Part shown: one piece after another, positions 17,168 through 24,759 of the stretch
How positions within the stretch are numbered: position 1 is the stretch's first letter
Layout: each line of letters opens with the position of its first letter
Assembly: GCA_039801885.1 (NCBI GenBank)
Contig: JBDRVN010000017.1
Location: 1-29,413 of the forward strand
DNA from: a candidate division WOR-3 bacterium
GTDB lineage: Bacteria; Hydrothermota; Tepidihabitantia; Tepidihabitantales; DTDR01
Length of the DNA: 29,413 nt
Direction of reading: 5' to 3'
Made by a program: the position numbers and the translations under genes
Notes under the pieces: generated by a model
The model's input: the letters and a program-made list of their open reading frames with translations, nothing else
Database searches by the model: none
Told to the model about the DNA's origin: nothing

Positions 17168-19624
17168 TCAAGAATGGGCTTCTTGCCAGTTTCTACCAAC
17201 ACCAATATTTACTTTTAGTGGCACCTTTAAGGGATAAATATTTTCCATTGTCTCTTTAATAATCTCTTTAGCTTCTTTTATTTTTTCTTCTTCAATTTCA
17301 AATAAAAGTTCGTCGTGGATTGTTAAAATTAAACCGATACTAAATCTATTTTCTATTAGTTTTCTATCTACTTCAACTATTGCTTTTTTTATTATATCAG
17401 CAGCGCTTCCTTGGATTGGTGCATTAATTGCCTGCCTTTTTGCCTGTTCATAAAGGGTTTTGTTTGGTGATAAAAGGGCAGGAAAGTATCTTGGTCGGCC
17501 AAAAAGAGTTTTGGTATAACCTTCTTCTTTTGCTTTTCTTATAACTTCTTCCCGCCACTCTTTTACTTTCGGAAAACTATTTAAATAATTTTCCATAAAC
17601 TCTTTTGCCTCTTCCTTTTTTAGTTTTAAACTTTCTGCCAGTCCATAATCACTCATTCCGTAAATAAGACCATAATTGACCATTTTGGCAAATCTTCTCA
17701 TATCTTCTTTTACCTCTTCTTCTTTTACTTTAAAAATCTTGGCTGCTGTTGTTGTGTGAATATCTTTGTCTTCTAAGAAAATATTTATCAAATTTTCGTC
17801 CTCAGTAATATGGGCTAAAATTCTTAATTCAATTTGGGAATAATCAGCCGAGATTAAAAGATAACCTTCTTCTGAGATAAAGCCCTTTCTAATTTTCTGT
17901 CCTAATTCACCACGAACAGGAATATTTTGTAAGTTAGGTGAAAGGGAAGAAAGTCTACCGGTAGCAGTTTTTGTCTGGTCAAAATAGGTATGAAGACGAT
18001 AGTTATTATCACACATCTCTGGAAAAGGTTTTAAATAGGTAGTTAAAAGTTTATTCAATTCTCGATAACGAAGGATTTTTTCAATTATTGGTGAATAGGG
18101 AATAAGTTCAATCAATACTTCGGAAGCAGTTGACCTTTCTTTTCCTTTGGGAATTGGTAATTTTAATCTATCAAATAATACCTCGGCAAGTTGTTTGGGA
18201 GAGTTAATATTAAATACCAATCCTGATAAATTATAAATCTCTTTCTGTAAAGAAAAAATTTCTCTTTCTAATTCTTTTGTCAATTGTTTGAAAAATTGAA
18301 TGTCAATTTTTATTCCTCTTTTTTCTATTCGGTAAAGGCAGGGGATTAAAGGCATTTCAATATTATAAAAAAGTTTAGTCAAATCTCTTACAAGTAATTC
18401 CGGTAAAATCTGGTGATAAATAGAATAGATATAATAAACCCCTTCCTTTGGTGAAATACTCTTTTTTAAAAATTTTAAATAAGATAAAATCAAATCTTCC
18501 AAAAGAAATCTTTTTCTTTCTGGTTCCAAAAGATAAGCGGCAATTTTAATATCAAAAACATTCTTTAATTCTAAATCTTCTAAATATTTATATTGCTCTT
18601 TCAAATCATAAGTAATTTTTTCTTTTTCACTTAAAAAAAGTTCTTTTAGATTTTCTAAATTTCCTTCGTAGATGCCGTTTTCATTACCAATATATAATTT
18701 CTTATCACTAATCAAAAAGGCAAAATTTTCTTGTTCTTTAATTGGGGATAGGTCAGTAATAATTTTAAATTGCGGTTCAAATTCTATTTTATCCTCTTCA
18801 AAATCATTAAGAAAGGTTTTAAACCCCAGTTCCTTAAAGATTGTTAAAAGTTTTTTGTTATCTCTTTCTTTAAGTCTTAAATCTTCTAAAGAGAATTCAA
18901 TTGGCACATCTTCTTTTAAACTAACCAATTTTTTAGAAAATAAAGCCTCTTCTTCTTTTCCCTTTAATCTTACATCTTCTTCTAATGCCCTTTCTAAGGA
19001 GCCATATCTATTTAAAATCTCTACAGCCGTCTTCTCACCAATCCCTTTAACTCCTGGTATATTATCTATTTTATCGCCAACTAAAGCAAGATAATCGCTT
19101 ATCTTTTCCGGCTCAATACCATATTTTTCTTTTATCTTCTTTTGGTCATAAAATATTTCTTTATAGGTATCGTAAATAATAATATCTTCATCAACAATCG
19201 GAAATAAGTCTTTATCAGTAGCCACGATATAAACTTTGCATCCCATATTTTTCAATCTCTTTGCTAATGTGCAAAGGACATCATCGGCTTCGTACCCAAG
19301 TACTTCTAATACTTTTATACCATAGGCTTCGCATATCTCTTTAATTATTGGGATTTGGTATCTTAAATCACTTGGTGCTTCCGGTCTTAATTTTTTGTAT
19401 TCTAAAAATATCTTATGTCTAAAAGTTGGTGCTTTGGAATCAAATACGCAAGCAATATATTCTATCTTTCTTTCTTTTAAAATCTTTCTTAAAGTATTAA
19501 CAAAACCAAAGATAGCCGAGGTATTTTCTCCCCGAGCATTTCTTAAAGGATTTCTAATAAAGGCATAATAAGAACGAAAAACAAGAGAATGCCCATCTAA
19601 AAGATAGACCTCTTTTTTATTCAT
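17168..19624 (-). CDS. polA: DNA polymerase I
   Basis: 5'-3' exonuclease (LLDGHSLVFRSYYA, YEADD, GDKIDNIPGVKGIGEKTA); polymerase motifs ADYSQIELR, RRFAKMVNYGLIYG, IHDEL. Confidence 0.98.
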   Translation of the reverse strand: MNKKEVYLLDGHSLVFRSYYAFIRNPLRNARGENTSAIFGFVNTLRKILKERKIEYIACVFDSKAPTFRHKIFLEYKKLRPEAPSDLRYQIPIIKEICEAYGIKVLEVLGYEADDVLCTLAKRLKNMGCKVYIVATDKDLFPIVDEDIIIYDTYKEIFYDQKKIKEKYGIEPEKISDYLALVGDKIDNIPGVKGIGEKTAVEILNRYGSLERALEEDVRLKGKEEEALFSKKLVSLKEDVPIEFSLEDLRLKERDNKKLLTIFKELGFKTFLNDFEEDKIEFEPQFKIITDLSPIKEQENFAFLISDKKLYIGNENGIYEGNLENLKELFLSEKEKITYDLKEQYKYLEDLELKNVFDIKIAAYLLEPERKRFLLEDLILSYLKFLKKSISPKEGVYYIYSIYHQILPELLVRDLTKLFYNIEMPLIPCLYRIEKRGIKIDIQFFKQLTKELEREIFSLQKEIYNLSGLVFNINSPKQLAEVLFDRLKLPIPKGKERSTASEVLIELIPYSPIIEKILRYRELNKLLTTYLKPFPEMCDNNYRLHTYFDQTKTATGRLSSLSPNLQNIPVRGELGQKIRKGFISEEGYLLISADYSQIELRILAHITEDENLINIFLEDKDIHTTTAAKIFKVKEEEVKEDMRRFAKMVNYGLIYGMSDYGLAESLKLKKEEAKEFMENYLNSFPKVKEWREEVIRKAKEEGYTKTLFGRPRYFPALLSPNKTLYEQAKRQAINAPIQGSAADIIKKAIVEVDRKLIENRFSIGLILTIHDELLFEIEEEKIKEAKEIIKETMENIYPLKVPLKVNIGVGRNWQEAHS

Positions 19625-20357
19625 TTTTTCTCTCTTTTAAATATATCTCCCTTACCAAACTAATTGCCCGATAATAAGACTCAAAAGATGTTCCGGCATC
19701 TGCCCACCAGCCTTTTAAGATTTCGTAAGTGAGTTCTCCTTTTTCTAAATATTTATTATTCACATCGGTAATTTCCAATTCCCCCCTTTTTGATGGTTTT
19801 AAAGTTCTAATTATATCAAATACCTGGTTGTCATACATATAAATACCGGTAACCGCATAAGGAGATTTTGGTATCTCCGGTTTCTCTTCAATTCTTATTA
19901 TTTTATCATTCTTAAAAACCGGCACACCGAAACGCTCTGGATTTTTCACCTCCTTTAAGAAAATCTTTGCTCCTTTTTCTTGTTTCTCAAACTTTTCTAC
20001 ATATTCTTTAATATCGTCTTCAAAGATATTATCACCCAGGATAACAACTATTTTATCACCGTCGCTAAAATCTTCAGCCAAAGATAAGGCAGCAGCAATG
20101 CCTGTTTCACCTTCTTGATAGGTATAATGTAATCTTTTTAAGCCAAAATCTTTACCATTACCTAAAAGCCTTAAAAAATCACCGGCATTATTACCACCGG
20201 TAACAATTAATATATCTTCAATTCCGCAGGATATCAGTTTTTTAATCGGAAAGAAAATCATTGGTTCATTATAAACCGGTAAAAGATGTTTATTAGTAAC
20301 TTTCGTTAAAGGATATAACCTCGTTCCCAAACCACCAGCAAGAACAACCCCTTTCAT
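19617..20357 (-). CDS. Glucose-1-phosphate thymidylyltransferase-like sugar nucleotidyltransferase (short RmlA/SpsI type)
   Basis: VLAGGLGTRLYPLT..NKHLLPVY, ILGDNIF, EEKP, KPSKRGELEITD, WADAGT. Confidence 0.9.
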   Translation of the reverse strand: MKGVVLAGGLGTRLYPLTKVTNKHLLPVYNEPMIFFPIKKLISCGIEDILIVTGGNNAGDFLRLLGNGKDFGLKRLHYTYQEGETGIAAALSLAEDFSDGDKIVVILGDNIFEDDIKEYVEKFEKQEKGAKIFLKEVKNPERFGVPVFKNDKIIRIEEKPEIPKSPYAVTGIYMYDNQVFDIIRTLKPSKRGELEITDVNNKYLEKGELTYEILKGWWADAGTSFESYYRAISLVREIYLKERKNE

Positions 20358-20363
20358 TTTCTA

Positions 20364-20391
20364 ATTTTATTTAAAGAGTTTATATTTTCAA
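20364..20391 (-). promoter_or_regulatory. Sigma70-type promoter for nucleotidyltransferase-polA (leaderless)
   Basis: TTGAAA-16 nt-TAAAAT, then 6 nt to the ATG at 20357. Confidence 0.6.
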
Positions 20392-20394
20392 TAA

Positions 20395-21306
20395 CTATGG
20401 TAATAAATATTTAAAAGTTAAGGAAATTCTTTCCGAAGAACCAAGATAGCCGTAATCTAAATAGGTCAAATCAATTGCCAAAAAAATATTTTCTAAAAAT
20501 TGATAGGTATAACCAAGCCCAAAAGAAAAACCACTAAAAGTGCCAATTTTTTCACCTGTCCGATAACCAGCCCGAATAGCAAAATATTCTTTTTCTTTTC
20601 TTATCTCTTTTAATAATACTTCACCACCAATTCCTAAACTTGGTAATTGATCAATATAGGTTGATAAGTCAGAAGCAAAAGTGGCAATAATTTTTTTGGT
20701 AAAAGAGAGTTTATAACTTAAACCAAATCTTAAATTTAATGGCAATATCTCTTTATAACTTATAAATCTTCTTTTTGTTCCTAAATGGAGAAGAGAGGCA
20801 CCAAGATAAAAGTTATTAATTATTTTAAAAATCATTCCTAAATCGGTTGCCAAAGAATAGGCATAATAATTATCATATTTTGAAGCAATATATTTTAAAT
20901 TTGTTCCCAAAGCAAATTTCTTATACAAATTAAAAGAGAGATTTAAAAGAAATAAAATATCGTTACAGGTATAAGTACCAACCGCTGGTCCTGGTCCAAC
21001 AAATTTATCATCACTAAAAGATAATAAAGAAGCACCAAGCCCAAAGCCAAAATTTCTTATAGGTAGGCAAGTGCTTAATGAAGAATAATTGATTTTATTA
21101 TATAAATTAAGAAACATCAAGGAGAAATCAAAGGAGTTAAAAAGTCCTGATGTGCTTGGGTTATAATAGATAGCATCGCAATCATCAGAAATAGCAGTAT
21201 AAGAGGAAGCCATGGCAGTTGCCCTTGCACCAATACTTAACTTCAAAAAATTGGCACCTACTTCTCCTGCATCATAAAAGAAATTAAAGATTAAAAAGAA
21301 AATCAT
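20395..21306 (-). CDS. Second PorV/PorQ (UPF0164) family beta-barrel protein
   Basis: GANFLKLSIGARATAMA....AI.DD.DAIYYNPS; DLGM; LPLNLRFGLSY; IRAGY; GFSFGLG; RISLTFKY. Confidence 0.85.
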   Translation of the reverse strand: MIFFLIFNFFYDAGEVGANFLKLSIGARATAMASSYTAISDDCDAIYYNPSTSGLFNSFDFSLMFLNLYNKINYSSLSTCLPIRNFGFGLGASLLSFSDDKFVGPGPAVGTYTCNDILFLLNLSFNLYKKFALGTNLKYIASKYDNYYAYSLATDLGMIFKIINNFYLGASLLHLGTKRRFISYKEILPLNLRFGLSYKLSFTKKIIATFASDLSTYIDQLPSLGIGGEVLLKEIRKEKEYFAIRAGYRTGEKIGTFSGFSFGLGYTYQFLENIFLAIDLTYLDYGYLGSSERISLTFKYLLP

Positions 21307-21314
21307 TTTAAAAA

Positions 21315-21342
21315 ATAATAACTTATAAATTTAAAAAATCAA
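21315..21342 (-). promoter_or_regulatory. Possible sigma70-type promoter for the second porV-like gene
   Basis: TTGATT-16 nt-TATTAT, then 8 nt to the ATG at 21306. Confidence 0.5.
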
Positions 21343-21354
21343 CTTAAAATTTCT

Positions 21355-21383
21355 GGTAACCTTTTAATATCTTTTTGCGTCTA
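21355..21383 (+). promoter_or_regulatory. ECF sigma-type promoter with no downstream ORF
   Basis: GGTAACC-16 nt-CGTCTA matches the general ECF AAC(-35)/CGT(-10) pattern; AAGGAGG follows at 21391-21397. Confidence 0.5.
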
Positions 21384-21449
21384 ATATATAAAGGAGGGAT
21401 ATTTTTTTAATTATATAGGGAACTGTATAGGAGATAGTATAGTAGTTAA

Positions 21450-22961
21450 TTAATGGCGGAAATGTCTAATATTTGTAAAGATAAGAGAAATATTATTTTC
21501 TTCGCAGGCTTTAATAACCTCTTCATCTCTTAATGAACCGCCTGGTTCAACAACTACTTTAATACCGCATTTTGCTGAGATATCAATAGAGTCTCTAAAA
21601 GGGAAAAAGCCATCTGATGCCAAAACTCCACCTTCGCACCTTCCTTCACTCTTCTTAATGGCAAGTTCTACGGAATCAACTCGGGAAGTCTGTCCAGCAC
21701 CAATTCCAACAGTCATTAAATCTTTCACAATCACAATTCCATTTGATTTCACATATTTAACTGCAAAATAGGCAAAGAGGGCATCCCTTAACTCTTTTTC
21801 TTTCGGCACCCTCTTCGTCATCAGTTTAAAGTCTTCCTTTCTTACAATCCTTTTATCCTTTTCTTGTAATAGATAGCCGGTTAGACAATTTCTTATCTCA
21901 AAACCATCTTCACTTTTCTCTAACTTAATAATCCTTAAATTCTTTTTCTTTTTTAAGATATTTAAGGCATCTTCACTAAAAGAGGGAGCACAAATTACTT
22001 CTAAGAAGATAGTATCAATAATCTTTTCGGCGGTCTCTTTATCAACCTCCCAATTAAAGCCAACAATTCCACCAAACGCCGATTTTGGGTCAGAAAGAAA
22101 AGCCTTCTCAAAAGCCTCCTTTAGAGTTTTTCCTAAGGCAATACCACAAGGGGTATTATGCTTAATAATACAACAAAGTTTATAATCTTTAAATTCTGGA
22201 AAGTCAAAATCAAAGATAATATTGTAAACAGAATTTATATCCAAAAGGTTATTATAAGATAATTCCTTTCCCCAAAGATAAATAAAATTATTTTTCAAAA
22301 AGGGATTATTATAATAAAACCCAACTTGATGGGGATTTTCACCATAACGTAATTTTAATTCTTTTTTTAACGGCAGAGTTAAGTAATCTTGAAAGATATC
22401 TTCATTATTTAGTCTTCTAAAATATTCGCAAATTATACTATCATAATAACTGATATAATCGAATGCCTTATAGGCAAGTTTTCTTTTTAAATCTATACCT
22501 ACTTCACCATTCTTTTTTAATTCTGAAATAACAATTGGATAATCATTCTTATCACAGATAGTGGTTACATATTTATAATTTTTCGCTCCTGCTCTTAAAA
22601 GAGAGACACCACCAATATCAATCAATTCAATCATCTCTTCTTCTTTTAAATTACTTAAAATATTCTTGTCAAAGGGATAGAGATTACAGACAACAATTGA
22701 GATTGGTTTTATTCCCTCTTCTTCTTTACCAAAAGAAAGAATACCACCAAAGATTAAGGGATGTAAAGTTTTTACTCTTCCTTTTAAGATTTCTTTAAAG
22801 CCGGTATATTCGCTAATTTCAATAACTGGCAGATTATTATTTTTTAGGATTTCGTAAGTTTTAGAAGTGGCGATAATTTGGTAGTTTAAAGAAGACAATT
22901 CTTTAGCAAAATCTAAAATCCCTTCTTTATCGTAGACACTGATTAAGGCAATTTTTTCCAT
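21450..22961 (-). CDS. purH: Bifunctional AICAR transformylase/IMP cyclohydrolase
   Basis: ALISVYDKEG, GRVKTLHP, IDIGG, LRYGENPHQ, IKHNTPCG, ASDGFFPFRD, RHFRH terminus. Confidence 0.98.
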   Translation of the reverse strand: MEKIALISVYDKEGILDFAKELSSLNYQIIATSKTYEILKNNNLPVIEISEYTGFKEILKGRVKTLHPLIFGGILSFGKEEEGIKPISIVVCNLYPFDKNILSNLKEEEMIELIDIGGVSLLRAGAKNYKYVTTICDKNDYPIVISELKKNGEVGIDLKRKLAYKAFDYISYYDSIICEYFRRLNNEDIFQDYLTLPLKKELKLRYGENPHQVGFYYNNPFLKNNFIYLWGKELSYNNLLDINSVYNIIFDFDFPEFKDYKLCCIIKHNTPCGIALGKTLKEAFEKAFLSDPKSAFGGIVGFNWEVDKETAEKIIDTIFLEVICAPSFSEDALNILKKKKNLRIIKLEKSEDGFEIRNCLTGYLLQEKDKRIVRKEDFKLMTKRVPKEKELRDALFAYFAVKYVKSNGIVIVKDLMTVGIGAGQTSRVDSVELAIKKSEGRCEGGVLASDGFFPFRDSIDISAKCGIKVVVEPGGSLRDEEVIKACEENNISLIFTNIRHFRH

Positions 22962-22977
22962 TTTTAATGTCTTTTTA

Positions 22978-23005
22978 ATTTTAATAAAAATTATGAAAAA
23001 TTCAA
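22978..23005 (-). promoter_or_regulatory. Possible sigma70-type promoter for purH
   Basis: TTGAAT-16 nt-TAAAAT, 16 nt before the ATG; short leader with no SD. Confidence 0.45.
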
Positions 23006-23016
23006 TTATTTTCTAT

Positions 23017-23045
23017 TTGACAAAAAAAATTTTTTAAGTTATTAT
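23017..23045 (+). promoter_or_regulatory. Sigma70-type promoter for the HEAT-repeat gene (leaderless)
   Basis: TTGACA-17 nt-TATTAT, then 5 nt to the ATG at 23051. Confidence 0.7.
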
Positions 23046-23050
23046 TCAAT

Positions 23051-24709
23051 ATGGATGAGATTGAGAGGTTAAAAAGAGAACTTTCCCATCCCGAAATAAA
23101 TAGAAGATTTAAGGCAATAGAAGATTTGGCGTTTCTGAAAACTCCGCCAGCAATCTTTCTTTTATTGGAAACCTTAGCAAGCGAAGCAAATACGGTTATC
23201 AGGGAGAAGATAATTGAAGAGATTTTGAAAATCGGTAAAGGGGTAGTTCCTTATATTTTAGAAATGTTGAAAGTAGAAAAAGAAGTTGTTAAAAGTTTGG
23301 AGACAAAAAAATTGGAGAAGCCGGCAATTAGAATGTTCTGTCAATTATTAGCAAAGTTGAATGCCAAGGAGAGCGAAGATACTTTAATTGAATTTTTAAA
23401 AGATGACGACCCATTAATAAAGACTTCAGCCTGTGAAGCCTTAGGAAATTTAAAAAGTAAAAAAGCAGTGGAAAACATATTCCCGTTACTTTATGATATA
23501 AATTTCTGGGTAAGAGCCTGTGCCTGCACTGCTTTGGGCGAGATTGGTGACAGCAAGGCGGTTCCGCAACTTTTAGAGAAATTACAAGATGAGAGCCATT
23601 GGGTAAGAAGTGCGGCTTGTGAAGCCTTAGGAAAGATTGGCGATAAAAGGGCGGGTGAAGAACTTGCCTATCTATCTTTATATGATGATTCCGAAATTGT
23701 TCGGGAGGCAGCAATTAAGGCATTGACAATGATTGGTGAAGCCTTTATTTCACCCTATCTTAATGCCTTGATGAGCGATGACTTAAATAAGAGATTTAAG
23801 GCAATGGAGATATTGATAAAAGAAGGTAAGATTGTTCTCTATCCTTTATTAGCCCTTTTAAATAATCCGAGTATTATTTTGAAAACCTGTGCCTGTGAAA
23901 TTTTAGGGAAAATTGGTGATGAGAAGGTAATTGAGGGCTTGGCAAATCTTTTCAATGATAAAGACATTACGGTGCAGATGGCAGCAGTCAATGCCTTAGC
24001 CAATATTAAAAGTGAGAAAACTTGCTCCCATCTTCTTAATTTATTATCTTCGCCCAACCCAACAATTGCTGATTTGGCAAAAAAGGCGTTAATCAAATTA
24101 GGTGAGAAGAGTGTTAATATTTTAATTGTTGAATTAAAAAAAGTTAAAGAGGAAGATAAGAGAATAAAAATTATTGAAATTCTTGGCGATATTAGGAATA
24201 AAGAAAGTCTGGGAGTTTTATTAGAAAGTTGTAAAGAGAGAAGTTCTTTAATTAGATTCCATTCAACTTTGGCGATTAGTAAAATTGTTTCTTTGCCACC
24301 GATTGAAGAAAGAAGAGAGATTATCAAAATAATGAGAGAACTTTTAAAGGATGATTCAGCCATTGTCCGTAGTGTTGCTTTAGAAGTTTTGGGAATATTA
24401 AGGGCGGATGAAGTTTTTGAAGAAGTTGTTAAAATGCTTGAAGACCCAGAAACAAGTGTAAAGAGAAAGGCAGTTTGGGCAATTTCGGAAATTGGTGGTG
24501 AAAGGGCAATTAATATTTTAAGGAAAGCAATAAATTCGGAAGAATCGCCAGTAAAGGTTGAAGTAATTAATTCTTTAATAAAATTGAAGGATAAAGAAGC
24601 CCTGCCTCTTTTAAAAAAAATTACTCGTCCTTGGCCTTTTTCCAAAGAAGAGGAGGAAGTAAAAAAAGTTGCTAAAGAGGGGATTCGGATACTAAAAAGT
24701 TTAAAATAA
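23051..24709 (+). CDS. HEAT/PBS-lyase-like repeat protein
   Basis: About 31-aa repeats of the type L.D....VR..AC.ALG.IGD..AV..L along the whole length; no catalytic domain seen. Confidence 0.92.
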   Translation: MDEIERLKRELSHPEINRRFKAIEDLAFLKTPPAIFLLLETLASEANTVIREKIIEEILKIGKGVVPYILEMLKVEKEVVKSLETKKLEKPAIRMFCQLLAKLNAKESEDTLIEFLKDDDPLIKTSACEALGNLKSKKAVENIFPLLYDINFWVRACACTALGEIGDSKAVPQLLEKLQDESHWVRSAACEALGKIGDKRAGEELAYLSLYDDSEIVREAAIKALTMIGEAFISPYLNALMSDDLNKRFKAMEILIKEGKIVLYPLLALLNNPSIILKTCACEILGKIGDEKVIEGLANLFNDKDITVQMAAVNALANIKSEKTCSHLLNLLSSPNPTIADLAKKALIKLGEKSVNILIVELKKVKEEDKRIKIIEILGDIRNKESLGVLLESCKERSSLIRFHSTLAISKIVSLPPIEERREIIKIMRELLKDDSAIVRSVALEVLGILRADEVFEEVVKMLEDPETSVKRKAVWAISEIGGERAINILRKAINSEESPVKVEVINSLIKLKDKEALPLLKKITRPWPFSKEEEEVKKVAKEGIRILKSLK

Positions 24710-24759
24710 TTCCTAAATCTTAATTCCTCTTTTCGGTATCTAATAAATTGGAGGTCAAA

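Noticed and set aside
18300-18800. Shortened, apparently inactive 3'-5' exonuclease region of PolA
   Set aside because: Loss of proofreading motifs is common in PolA (Taq and Bacillus types), so it is not novel.
23839-24645. 268-aa antisense ORF inside the HEAT gene
   Set aside because: Ser/Leu/Phe/Ile-rich mirror of a Lys/Glu-rich sense gene; no motifs, RBS or promoter.
24712-24745. Possible second ECF-like promoter before clpB (shares TCTAATA with 21380-21386)
   Set aside because: The -35 AAC and -10 CGT cores are not matched; the similarity is too weak in AT-rich DNA.
24748-24759. TTG start of clpB given in the ORF track
   Set aside because: It overlaps the GGAGG RBS; ATG 24760 gives the usual M..EKFT start.
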